From the NCBI GenBank assembly GCA_023474345.1, contig JAMCXS010000024.1, positions 4,427 through 68,426 on the forward strand: a stretch of DNA of 64,000 nucleotides. Direction: 5' to 3'. The DNA comes from Acidobacteriota bacterium (lineage in GTDB: Bacteria; Acidobacteriota; Terriglobia; UBA7540). Below are positions 43,452 through 52,679 of the stretch, one piece after another (the stretch's first letter is position 1; every line of letters starts with the position of its first letter). Made by a program: the position numbers and the translations under genes. Under the pieces are notes generated by a model. It made no database searches. It worked only from the letters and a program-made list of their open reading frames with translations, and was not told the origin of the DNA.

Positions 43452-45083
43452 ATGCGCAATGCTAGAATCAGCGAGCATAATGTCATGACGCTCCGTCGAC
43501 TTGGACTTCAAGGAAAGATCATATTGATCATCACGGTTGCGGTTATTTCCGTGGTCGCCGTCTCAACCTACATCGCCATGCTTCTCACCCGGCAACTGGT
43601 GGAGGAGGATACTTATCGCAAGGCCCTGGCCCAGGCTCGATCGATTGCTCAACAACTCATTGACGAACAGTCGCTGGCAAATCCCGCCACGTTGATGCGT
43701 GCTCTTCGGCAATTGGAGCATGACTTCCCCAGCATCACCCAGGCTGATGTTTTCGCCCACTACCCCACGCACCGGCTGGTCGTCTCAACCAATCCGGGAG
43801 GGCAGAATCTGGAGCTTGATAACATCCGCGATATCCAGGCTTACAATGCGTACGAGCAGCCAGACCCCAACCAGATTACGATCGAGACCCGGGATGGCAA
43901 ATATTGGGTTATGGGGACCACCGTCATGGAGGACGGCCGCTCCATCGCTTGCCTCAATCTGAAAGTCTCAAAATTGCATTTGAGCATCATTACCCAACGC
44001 CTGGTGTTTCGCAACCTGCTGGTGATGCTGGCAGGATTGGGGTTCCTTATCCTCGTGATTCACATCTTTTTCCTCCGAAGCATCCGGGGCCCCGTGAAGG
44101 AAATGATCCATGTGATGGACTCAGCCGAGGGTGAATCCTTGCAGGTGCGCGCCCGCGTTCGGACCCACGATGAGATCGGCCAGCTTGCGGAGCGGCTGAA
44201 CCGCATGCTGGGGCGAATCGAGAATTTCAACGCCGAACTTGGGCGGAAGGTTCGGGACGCCACCGCCGAACTCGCGCACCGCAATGAAGAACTGAAACGC
44301 ATCAACGAAGAGCTGTTTCAAACCCAGAAGACGCTGGCGCGCTCCGAGCGGCTGGCGATCGCCGGGCAGTTGGCGGCGGGGCTCGCGCATGAGATCGGCA
44401 CGCCGCTGAATTCCATTTCCGGCCACGTCCAACTGCTGGCGCGGCAAGGCGTGGGCAGCGAATCCGGCGCCCGGCGGCTGGAGGTGATCGAACGCCAGAT
44501 TGACAGCATCGTGCGCACGGTTAAGCAACTGCTTTCCTGGACCCGCGAATTCGATTTGCGCCTCGAGCCCGTCAACCTTGCCCTCTTGCTTGAAGACTCC
44601 CTGACGTTGTCCTCGCCTGCTCTACAGCACCGGAAGATCAGCGTGGTGACGGATTGGGATGCTGATTGCCCCAGGGTCTTTGCGGATCCCGGATACCTGC
44701 AGCAGGTCTTTCTAAACTTGATCAACAATAGTATGGACGCGATGCCCTCCGGCGGGACGCTGACAACCCGAATCCGCTTTCCTGCTTCAGAAAAGGGGAG
44801 AGACGTGGCCATCGAAGTGGAGGATACAGGGACAGGCATTGCCCGAGAGACGTTGCAGCGCATCTTTGAGCCGATGTTTACGACAAAGCGCCTGGGAACC
44901 GGAGCGGGGCTGGGCCTGGCCATTTGTGACCAGATCATCCGGCAGCACCGGGGAAGCATTGGAGTGGAGAGTTCCCGCGAGCGGGGCACACGCTTCACCA
45001 TCATCTTGCCTCTGGATTGCCGGGAAGGCGTGGAAACCGCGGCGGACGCTCCTCGCGATTCCAAGATTGCGTCCCCGGCTTAG
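43452..45083 (+). CDS. sensor histidine kinase (TM - periplasmic-like domain - TM - HAMP - HisKA - HATPase)
   Basis: 543-aa ORF with H-box LAAGLAHEIGTPLNSI, N-box LNLINNSMDAM, and G-boxes EDTGTGI / GTGAGLGLAI. The start may be ATG 43485 (MTLRRLG); see findings. Confidence 0.9.
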   Translation: MRNARISEHNVMTLRRLGLQGKIILIITVAVISVVAVSTYIAMLLTRQLVEEDTYRKALAQARSIAQQLIDEQSLANPATLMRALRQLEHDFPSITQADVFAHYPTHRLVVSTNPGGQNLELDNIRDIQAYNAYEQPDPNQITIETRDGKYWVMGTTVMEDGRSIACLNLKVSKLHLSIITQRLVFRNLLVMLAGLGFLILVIHIFFLRSIRGPVKEMIHVMDSAEGESLQVRARVRTHDEIGQLAERLNRMLGRIENFNAELGRKVRDATAELAHRNEELKRINEELFQTQKTLARSERLAIAGQLAAGLAHEIGTPLNSISGHVQLLARQGVGSESGARRLEVIERQIDSIVRTVKQLLSWTREFDLRLEPVNLALLLEDSLTLSSPALQHRKISVVTDWDADCPRVFADPGYLQQVFLNLINNSMDAMPSGGTLTTRIRFPASEKGRDVAIEVEDTGTGIARETLQRIFEPMFTTKRLGTGAGLGLAICDQIIRQHRGSIGVESSRERGTRFTIILPLDCREGVETAADAPRDSKIASPA

Positions 45084-45118
45084 TATCTGGCGGGTCGAGG
45101 CCGCCATCCCGAACACTT

Positions 45119-46495
45119 ATGACACCTCAGAATACCAGCATCCTGGTCGTTGATGATGATCCCGATACGCTCGATCTCCTGGCCGAGGTCTTGCAGGAAG
45201 GAGGTTACCGGGTGGTCACTGCTGGCGGCGCTCCGGAAGCGCTTGAGGCCGGCAAGAAAGCCCACTTTGATGTGATCCTGAGCGACATCCGGCTAGGCCC
45301 GGAACTGAACGGCCTGGACGTGCTGCGAGCCTTCAAGTGCCTCCAACCCGATTCGGAGGTCATCCTCATCACGGCCTTCGGCTCCATGGAGACGGCTATC
45401 GAGGCGGTCAAAGCGGGAGCCTTTGATTACCTCTCGAAGCCTTTCAAGATTGATGAAGTTTTGATCCGTGTCCATCGCGCTCTCGAAAACCGCAAGTTAG
45501 TTCGTGAAACCCGTGGTCTGAATCCGCAACCGGCCTCTCAGTCTCCGCTCTCCACGCTGGTAGGCCGCAGTTCTGCCATGCTGGAAGTCTACAAGAAGAT
45601 CGGCATGGTTGCGGACTCCCGCGCCACCGTGCTGATCACCGGGGAGAGCGGAACCGGCAAGGAGCTTGTAGCCCACGCCATCCACTCGAACGGCCCACGC
45701 TCCCAGCAACGCTTCCTGGCCGTCAACTGCGGAGCGTTTACCGAATCGCTGCTCGAATCTGAACTGTTCGGGCATGTGCGCGGTTCGTTCACTGGGGCGA
45801 GCGCAGACAAGCCGGGCATTTTTGAAGACGCCGACGGCGGCACGGTGTTTCTCGACGAGGTATCGGAGATGAGCCCGGCGCTCCAAGTCAAGCTCCTGCG
45901 CACCATCGAGGAACAGGAAGTGCGTCCAGTGGGAAGCAACCAACCCATCCGGATCGACGTCCGCATGATCGCGGCCTCCAATCAGAACCTGGCGGAACGC
46001 GTGCAGGAGGGGAAATTCCGCGAGGACCTTTTTTACCGGCTTCGGGTCATTGAGATCGATTTGCCCCCGCTGCGGGACCGCTCAGAAGACATCCCTTTGC
46101 TGGTCGGGCATTTCCTGCAGAAGCTCGGTGCCGAGCTCGGGCGGGTATTTACAATCTCTCCGGAGGCTCTTTCCGCGTTCGTCACTTACGCTTGGCCCGG
46201 CAATGTACGGGAACTCGAAAACACGCTCGAGTCCATCGTGGCGCTCAATCGTTCTGGAATGATTACGCCTCAGGAACTACCGGCCAAGCTGCGGGCGGAT
46301 CGGGAGGAAATCAGAGGGATTGAATCACTCTTTGCCGGGCTACCCTCACTTGAAGAGCTTGCCCGGCGTTACCTTGCCTACGTCCTGAAAGTCACCAACA
46401 ACAACAAATCCCAAACCGCTGACATTCTGGGAATCAGCCGCAACACTCTTTACCGCATGGCCCAGCACTGGAAGCCGCCTAAGGAACCGTCTTGA
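45119..46495 (+). CDS. sigma-54-dependent response regulator (NtrC family: REC-AAA+-Fis HTH)
   Basis: REC ILVVDDDPD...DVILSDIRL, Walker A GESGTGKE, GAFTE/GSFTGA region, C-terminal HTH KSQTADILGISRNTLYRM. I place the start at ATG 45119. The track ORF start (45017) overlaps the kinase gene. Confidence 0.92.
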   Translation: MTPQNTSILVVDDDPDTLDLLAEVLQEGGYRVVTAGGAPEALEAGKKAHFDVILSDIRLGPELNGLDVLRAFKCLQPDSEVILITAFGSMETAIEAVKAGAFDYLSKPFKIDEVLIRVHRALENRKLVRETRGLNPQPASQSPLSTLVGRSSAMLEVYKKIGMVADSRATVLITGESGTGKELVAHAIHSNGPRSQQRFLAVNCGAFTESLLESELFGHVRGSFTGASADKPGIFEDADGGTVFLDEVSEMSPALQVKLLRTIEEQEVRPVGSNQPIRIDVRMIAASNQNLAERVQEGKFREDLFYRLRVIEIDLPPLRDRSEDIPLLVGHFLQKLGAELGRVFTISPEALSAFVTYAWPGNVRELENTLESIVALNRSGMITPQELPAKLRADREEIRGIESLFAGLPSLEELARRYLAYVLKVTNNNKSQTADILGISRNTLYRMAQHWKPPKEPS

Positions 46496-46785
46496 GACGC
46501 GCCTCCGCTAAAAACGCGGAATCCGCTTTGAACTATCTGCGCGTCATTCCGTGGAAAAGTTGGAAGAAGTTGGCCTGCGGTGCCAGCCTTGAATTATTGA
46601 CCACTCACCCTCCCCTGGTTCCTTCCCCGCCCACGCAGGAGAGATGCGCCGGAGGGTCGATGCTTCTCTTGGCGCAGTAAGGGGCATTCCCAGGGCCCAT
46701 GCTGGTTTTCTCCCTCTTTGCCGGGACTTCCCCAAAGCTGATTCCGTAGCCAGAGACATCGTGCACAAACTGCAGTTACACGACG

Positions 46786-48264
46786 CTACCTCTCTTCTTG
46801 TGCAGGTTTGCGGGCGACGGCGCGCGCCTGCTTGATGATCGCTCCGTATCCTTCCTTATCGAATGGCGGACAGCCGGTTGGGAATTGGCCGAGGGGGTGG
46901 CTTTTTGCCCGCATGAGATACGTGCAATAGGAAAGTGTTTTGCAGGTTCGAAGGGGATCGAGTTCTCCTTTAGCGAGCGCGTCGCGGGGCAGCGTCGGGT
47001 ACGCGAGAACCGCCCGCCCGAGGCCCACGAACGTGGTCCGATGCAATTTCAGGTTAGCGGCGCCGGCGTGAATCAGAAAATGGCGCAGCCAGCTATATCC
47101 GGTTCCCACCACCGCAAAATCCGGATGTGCTTTTTGGATTTCGGCCGTAGCGGCGAAATGCCGCGCAACGCCAAATAGCGGATGCTCGGGAGTTTCGTAT
47201 GAGCCTTCGACAGGTTTTTCGAACGGGCGACTGATATGAGGATTGACATATGGAATCCCCATGGAGACGTTCAATAGCCGCACCCCTGCTTTCTCAAGCC
47301 AGCCTATAAAACGCAGGGGCTCCGTGAGGTCCATGCGTGAGGGGTCATAGGGATCTACGCCAAAACCGAATTCGTATGGCCTGGGAACAGCACGCGGCAC
47401 ACCGGCCGAATCTTCTCCGCTCACTCCGTAGGGGATGCCATCAAACACTCCCAGACGCACGGCTAAGAGGTAATCGTCTCCAGCTTGTTGCCGGATTTTC
47501 TCGATAACATCCAGAGCAAACCGCGCCCGGTTCTCAAGCGGGCCGCCGTAAATACCCGGCCTCGAACGAGCACTCATCAATTCTGAGAGGAGATATCCGT
47601 GCGTCATTTTGAGATCAACGCCGTCAAACCCAATTTCCCGAGCCAAAGTCGCCGCCGCAGCAAAGCGATCTTCGAGCGCAGCAAGGTATTCGTCGCTTAC
47701 AACTTCGGGCGCCGTTTCACGCAGAGGCAGCGTCACCGAATTAACTGCAGGGAAACAGTCGAGCACCGGATGCCGATACGCGACACGGGGCTTCTCAAAA
47801 GAGTACCGGCCGGAGTGGGTTAGTTGCAAAACTGTGACAAGGTCGTCCGAAGCACCAGATTCCTGCCGGTGGGCTTCACGGCATGCTTTGAGCAATGCTT
47901 CCAGGCGCTTCGCGGAACCTGGATGAATCCATAGTTGCCGGGGGTTGGCGCGGCCTTCTGGGACCACGGCGCAGGCTTCAAACCAGATGAGCTTGGCTCC
48001 GCCACTGCCGAATCGCCGGTAGCGACGGAAGGTGAGCTCGCCGGGATTGCCGTCAAGCTCCCCGTCACAACCTTCCATGGGGTGGATCGCAAAAGAATTT
48101 CCAACGCGCCAGCGCCGCCCATCACGGCTTTTGATCTCAACGGGCCGCGCGAAAATGCTGCGGATTTCTTCGCGGTCGTCCACTAGAGGAAGGTCAATTT
48201 GCAAGCGCCGTGCGTCCTCGCGGAGGTCCTCGAGCTTTTGGTAGACGAAATAATGTTTTGGCAT
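46786..48264 (-). CDS. NADH:flavin oxidoreductase (Old Yellow Enzyme family) with N- and C-terminal extensions
   Basis: 492-aa ORF with OYE TIM-barrel motifs IHPMEG, QLTHSGR and FDGVDLKMTHGYLLSELMS. It has a Cys-containing C-terminal tail (CKTLSYC...GCPPF). Confidence 0.8.
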   Translation of the reverse strand: MPKHYFVYQKLEDLREDARRLQIDLPLVDDREEIRSIFARPVEIKSRDGRRWRVGNSFAIHPMEGCDGELDGNPGELTFRRYRRFGSGGAKLIWFEACAVVPEGRANPRQLWIHPGSAKRLEALLKACREAHRQESGASDDLVTVLQLTHSGRYSFEKPRVAYRHPVLDCFPAVNSVTLPLRETAPEVVSDEYLAALEDRFAAAATLAREIGFDGVDLKMTHGYLLSELMSARSRPGIYGGPLENRARFALDVIEKIRQQAGDDYLLAVRLGVFDGIPYGVSGEDSAGVPRAVPRPYEFGFGVDPYDPSRMDLTEPLRFIGWLEKAGVRLLNVSMGIPYVNPHISRPFEKPVEGSYETPEHPLFGVARHFAATAEIQKAHPDFAVVGTGYSWLRHFLIHAGAANLKLHRTTFVGLGRAVLAYPTLPRDALAKGELDPLRTCKTLSYCTYLMRAKSHPLGQFPTGCPPFDKEGYGAIIKQARAVARKPAQEER

Positions 48265-48265
48265 T

Positions 48266-49408
48266 TCAAATGGTGGTGTCCGACGGTGAGTTTACAGGGT
48301 TGTCGCTGTTTTCCTCGCGTATCCTGAGACTGGACTCGTGCAGCGCCGATTGGATAGCCAGGAACTCACGGATATTTTCCAGGGTGAGCAAGCCGACCAG
48401 CCGGCCCTCGTGCTCCACCGGAACCGACCGACAGTTGCCTTCGCGGAAAAGAGCAAGGGCTTGCTCCAGGCTTTCCTGAGCGTCAGCCGTTGGCACGTCT
48501 CGGCGCATGGCGTCACGAACTCGCGCTCCAGGGCCGCGCTCGGCGAGCGTCTGCGTCAAAGCCTCCCGGGTCACAACACCCAGGACATGGTCGCCGAAAA
48601 CAACGGGAAAATCTTGTTGCCTTTCTGCCAGAATAGGTTCGACCACCTGTCCCAGCAGGTCGTCAGGAGCTAACCGTCGAAAGTCCGTCAGCATAACGCG
48701 ATGAACGGGTACGCCTTTGAAAGAGCTGTGGATATTCGGCATGGCCGACTCCTGCCGGGCGCCTGTCCAGACAAACAAAGCGATAAAGACCAGGATCGGG
48801 TCGGTGAATAGGCCGGCAACGGCAAAGATGACGGCGATCCCTTGACCTACTCGCGCGGCAACACGGGTAGCACGTGAGAATTCCATCCGCGTAGCCAACA
48901 GTGCGCGCAGCACCCGTCCACCATCCATGGGGAACGCCGGGATCATGTTAAAAGCCACCAACCAGATATTGACGATCATCAACTTATTCAGGAAATTTCC
49001 GCCAAACCAGCGGAACTGCTCAAAATTCAAGCCTCTCCCCGCCCCCAGAAGTACAAGGTAAAGCAAGGCAGCAATGAGGACGTTAACCGCCGGCCCGGCC
49101 AATGCCACCCAAAGTTCGTGAATCGGGTTTTCCGGCATCTGATCGAGACGCGCCAGCCCCCCGATAGGGAGTAGAGTAATATCCCGCGTTCGTACCCCGA
49201 ATCTGAGCGCCGCGAGCGCGTGCCCCAGTTCGTGTAAGGTAATGCATACAAAAATCACCAGCACAAAGATGACGCCGTAAAGCGCCGTTGCAAGATTGTG
49301 CCCATGAGTCCAATTAGCAAAAAGGATGAAGAAAATAAGCAGCCAGAAGGTCGCGTGAACATAAACGCCAATCCCTGCTACTTCGCCGATCTTCCATGAC
49401 CAACGCAT
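48266..49408 (-). CDS. site-2 protease family (M50) zinc metalloprotease with C-terminal CBS pair
   Basis: 380-aa ORF with HELGHA zinc motif in a polytopic N-half, second motif [11 protein letters not shown], and C-terminal CBS-type repeats. Its stop lies 1 nt before the OYE start codon. Confidence 0.88.
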   Translation of the reverse strand: MRWSWKIGEVAGIGVYVHATFWLLIFFILFANWTHGHNLATALYGVIFVLVIFVCITLHELGHALAALRFGVRTRDITLLPIGGLARLDQMPENPIHELWVALAGPAVNVLIAALLYLVLLGAGRGLNFEQFRWFGGNFLNKLMIVNIWLVAFNMIPAFPMDGGRVLRALLATRMEFSRATRVAARVGQGIAVIFAVAGLFTDPILVFIALFVWTGARQESAMPNIHSSFKGVPVHRVMLTDFRRLAPDDLLGQVVEPILAERQQDFPVVFGDHVLGVVTREALTQTLAERGPGARVRDAMRRDVPTADAQESLEQALALFREGNCRSVPVEHEGRLVGLLTLENIREFLAIQSALHESSLRIREENSDNPVNSPSDTTI

Positions 49409-49685
49409 CTTCTGTTATACCAGTGGACGGAAATTAGCTGAACGCAGTTCCCGGTGCGCCCTCGTTAACGTTACCATCACGGAGAAGCTGGCTGCAAGTA
49501 ATGGTTGCTATCCGCCCAAACTGGCGGCAAACTCGCGTCGTGTCCGCCTTGCCATCCCCTATTCCAGAAACTCATCGAGAGTCCTTCCAGAGTTTTGTGC
49601 GGTGCCGGTCACGCAATTTTCCTTCTGTGCGGATAACGTCTGTCTACCTCTCCTTATCCCGGCACGTCAGCGGCCTCTTTGGCAT

Positions 49686-50591
49686 TTACGTAAGCAGTCT
49701 TGCAGGGTTGCGAAGCGTGCCAATCTCTGGTGAACTGATCTCAATGATATCTCCGTCCTGCAGTCCGAAATCGTCGGGCGGAACAATGCCCGCCCCTGTC
49801 AGCAGGATGGTCACGGTCGGCAGGGTATTGAACCGGTCCAGGTATTTCACCAGGTCAGAAAAGCTGCGGTGCATTGCCGCCGTGCTCGTTTCGGCGCGGA
49901 AAATTTCTCGGCCCGCCCGTTCAACCCGGCACGCGATACGAAACGCGGACTCATTTCCGGCTTCCTTTAGGAAAATCGCCGGACCCACGCTGCAGCCGCC
50001 GGTGAACATTTTTGCCTGGGGCAGGTACAGAGGGTTTTCGCCCTCGATATCGCGGGCGCTCATGTCGTTTCCCAGCGTATAGCCTACGATTTCAAGTTTG
50101 TGGGCGATCACCAGGGCAAGTTCCGGCTCCGGCACGGTCCAACGGCTATCGCCGCGCAAACCGACCGGCTCGTTGGGGCCGACTGAGCGCGAGGGCGTCG
50201 CCTTGAAGAAAAGCTCCGGTCGTGCCGCGTCGTATACGCGCTGATAAATGTCGCCCACTACTGACTCCGCCTGCCGCGCATGCCGGCTGCGTTCATACGT
50301 GACGCCGGCGCCCCAGATTTCTTCGGCCACTACCGGCTGTAACAGGTATGGGCGGCTGCGATCCGGCGCGATGTCCAGTGACGCGTAAGGCATGCGAGGA
50401 GCTCCTGACAAATCCGCGTGCTTGATTAAATCAAGCACGCTGCACCCCTCAGCAGCCGCCTGGGCCAGCAGGGCTTCAAGAGTAATCTCCGCGTTCGGGA
50501 AAAGGCCGGACAATGCTACCACATCGTCGCCTTGCACCACGCTCAGCGATCCTTTGCCGCTGCCAGGATCCCAGTATCGAACTATTCGCAT
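49686..50591 (-). CDS. fumarylacetoacetate hydrolase (FAH) family protein, 2-keto-3-deoxy-pentonate/deoxy-hexonate dehydratase- or hydrolase-like
   Basis: The 301-aa ORF is collinear by memory with Sulfolobus 2-dehydro-3-deoxy-D-arabinonate dehydratase KdaD (YDAARPELFFKATPSRSVG, WTVPEPELALVI, GNDMSARDIEGENPLYLPQAK, EISSPEIGTLRNP). Confidence 0.8.
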   Translation of the reverse strand: MRIVRYWDPGSGKGSLSVVQGDDVVALSGLFPNAEITLEALLAQAAAEGCSVLDLIKHADLSGAPRMPYASLDIAPDRSRPYLLQPVVAEEIWGAGVTYERSRHARQAESVVGDIYQRVYDAARPELFFKATPSRSVGPNEPVGLRGDSRWTVPEPELALVIAHKLEIVGYTLGNDMSARDIEGENPLYLPQAKMFTGGCSVGPAIFLKEAGNESAFRIACRVERAGREIFRAETSTAAMHRSFSDLVKYLDRFNTLPTVTILLTGAGIVPPDDFGLQDGDIIEISSPEIGTLRNPARLLT

Positions 50592-50878
50592 AACTTACCT
50601 CCCGTCAAAAAGACGCAAGATGGAGTGCAAAGCCGCCGTCTCGCACGTCGCCAGCACTCAAGATTCCGCCATCATAATGTATTCCCCGCATCGATGGGCC
50701 GTCCAACAATGGCTTCCGTTTATGCCCGTCGTCAAGAATTGTACGCCCGTTCAGTTCAGGACTCCACGCCGCTGAACAAGGTCAACGGGAGGCTATCTCG
50801 GAGCCGTGTATCCATGGCAACTTACAGAAATATATAAGGTTAGGGATTATAAACAAGTCATGCTCCGAGCGCTCCGCG

Positions 50879-50907
50879 TTGACTTGAGTAAGGCCGTGTG
50901 TTAGCGT
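50879..50907 (+). promoter_or_regulatory. sigma-70-like promoter candidate
   Basis: TTGACT (50879-50884), a 17-nt spacer, then TAGCGT (50902-50907), about 35 nt upstream of the 50940 ORF. Confidence 0.3.
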
Positions 50908-50939
50908 AAGGGCATTATGTGATTGTTTGAGAGACGTTC

Positions 50940-51395
50940 GTGATGGCTTTTAAAAAAGCCAAAGCGTTGCAAGAAGCTCACAAATACGTCAATCGGGGTA
51001 AGAACTCTCTGGCCATTAAGCAATATCGCTCAATTCTTGAAAACGATCCTTCCGGCTTTATCTTGCTGAACACTATGGGAGACCTTTATGTCCGGGACAA
51101 GGACATTCTTGAAGGTCTGAAGCCATTTTACAAATTGGCCGACGCTTACGTTAAGAAAGGCTTCTTGGCAGAATTTGCCAAATGCGCCGGGAAACAGAAG
51201 GAGGCCCCAAGAGCCTACCTTGAAGCTGCCCAAGCTACTGAAATACAAGGAGATACATCGGAGGCCGAGTGCGCGTTGAGCAAGGTGGGAGATTACAAGG
51301 AAGCGCTGGGAAATTGCACCGAGGTTTATGGTCGGAACTTCGACTACCGGGATGTGGCGGATAAAATTGGCATTCTCCAACCGAGGACCTCTTGA
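50940..51395 (+). CDS. short TPR-like hypothetical protein (possibly a truncated gene)
   Basis: 151-aa ORF (ATG at 50943) in visibly lower-GC DNA. The N-terminal about 75 aa look like one and a half TPR units (AIKQYRSILENDPSGFILLNTMGDLYVRDKDILEGLKPFYKLADAYVKKG). The remainder is not repeat-like. Confidence 0.5.
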   Translation: MMAFKKAKALQEAHKYVNRGKNSLAIKQYRSILENDPSGFILLNTMGDLYVRDKDILEGLKPFYKLADAYVKKGFLAEFAKCAGKQKEAPRAYLEAAQATEIQGDTSEAECALSKVGDYKEALGNCTEVYGRNFDYRDVADKIGILQPRTS

Positions 51396-51414
51396 TCCGC
51401 CCGATGGGATCGTC

Positions 51415-51738
51415 ATGGTGAACGCAACGAAACCCGCAGATCAAGGGACATCCCTCAGAGTCGCTTCTCAGCAAGCGCTTGGAAGTCGGTGGGTCACAAT
51501 CCTGTACGTCGCATTTTGTTTTGAAATGGGCGTCTTCCTCTTCGTCTTTCCATGGGTTTCCATTTGGCACCACAACTTTTTCTTGGCGCGTTATTCCTGG
51601 CTCTCGGTCGTAGCCCAGAACTATTACGTCCGTGGAGCTGTCTCCGGGATGGGTCTTGCTGACATCTATTTGGCTTTTTATGAACTGTGGAGAATGCTTG
51701 GGACGCTAGGGCTGGGCAGCTCGCGCGCCCCAAGGTAG
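51415..51738 (+). CDS. small membrane protein (about 107 aa, two or three hydrophobic helices)
   Basis: I place the start at ATG 51415 (MVNATKPADQ...), 19 nt after the preceding stop. Hydrophobic segments are WVTILYVAFCFEMGVFLFVFPWV and GMGLADIYLAFYELW. The track ORF (51328) overlaps the upstream gene. Confidence 0.5.
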   Translation: MVNATKPADQGTSLRVASQQALGSRWVTILYVAFCFEMGVFLFVFPWVSIWHHNFFLARYSWLSVVAQNYYVRGAVSGMGLADIYLAFYELWRMLGTLGLGSSRAPR

Positions 51739-51827
51739 AGTTCAATTTCAGGGTCCCAGCCCCCCGGCTGAAACCCGAATAGTTGTCCTCGCCGATTATT
51801 AAATCGAACTGAGAGTCAAATCCCCGA

Positions 51828-52469
51828 ATGCCTTCCGCACCATTTCGAATTTGTTACATTACGGACCGCCTCGGACTGGCGCCGAAGCCCTTGCTGTCCC
51901 GCATCCAGGTTGCCGTCGAGGCCGGAGTCGATCTGATTCAACTACGTGAAAAGGATCTTCCAACCCGCGGACTGGCAGAATTAGCCGAGGCAGCCGTCCG
52001 CGTTTGCCGTGGGACAGAAACCAAAATTGTCATCAACGACCGGCTGGACATTGCAATGGGTGTGGGCGCCGATGGCGTCCACCTGAGTGGCCAATCGTTG
52101 CCGGTGGAGATTGTCCGTTCTGAAGCCGGGAAAAACTTCCTTATCGGAGTTTCCTGCCACTCGCTCGATGATGCAGTGCGGGCAGAAACTGCCGGTGCAA
52201 ACTATATCCTGCTCGGACCAATCTTTGAAACTCCTTCAAAGCTCCGCTACGGGCCCCCACTCGGTATAGCCAAGTTATCAGAGGTCGCCAAGCGGACTAC
52301 GATAGCTGTGTTTGCGTTAGGGGATGTTACAGTCGAAAGGACGGCGGCATGTTTGGCCGCCGGGGCCAAGGGCGTCGCGGGAATTCGGATTTTTCAAGAC
52401 TGCCCGTCGCTTGCTGATCAGATTCAGAAGTTGCGATCGCAACAAGTCCCACCGCAGGCCGGCGGTTAA
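51828..52469 (+). CDS. thiE: thiamine-phosphate synthase
   Basis: 213-aa ORF with LIQLREKDL, INDRLDIA, GVHLSGQ and ILLGPIFETPSK, typical of TMP-TENI/ThiE. Confidence 0.88.
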   Translation: MPSAPFRICYITDRLGLAPKPLLSRIQVAVEAGVDLIQLREKDLPTRGLAELAEAAVRVCRGTETKIVINDRLDIAMGVGADGVHLSGQSLPVEIVRSEAGKNFLIGVSCHSLDDAVRAETAGANYILLGPIFETPSKLRYGPPLGIAKLSEVAKRTTIAVFALGDVTVERTAACLAAGAKGVAGIRIFQDCPSLADQIQKLRSQQVPPQAGG

Positions 52470-52679
52470 GCCCAACGAAGAATTACCGGGTCGCTCTTCC
52501 CACCCCGAGTTCTCGGCGATTTCCACCCTTGAATGCCGACTTGCGCGGGATGTCCCGGTAATTTCTGGGTATGATGAAATCAGGAAAGGCTGTCAGGATG
52601 GTGGCGCAGTCCCCGGCTGTTCGTGGTTTCCGTGGCACTCCAGCGTAACCGATTGCGACACCGGTGAGGCAAACCGATA

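Noticed and set aside
51739-51827. TPP riboswitch upstream of thiE
   Set aside because: Only a CTGAGA hexamer is present, 12 nt before the start codon. The spacer is about 90 nt and lacks the rest of the THI-box (no ACCTGATCTGGATAATGCCAGCG-like arm).
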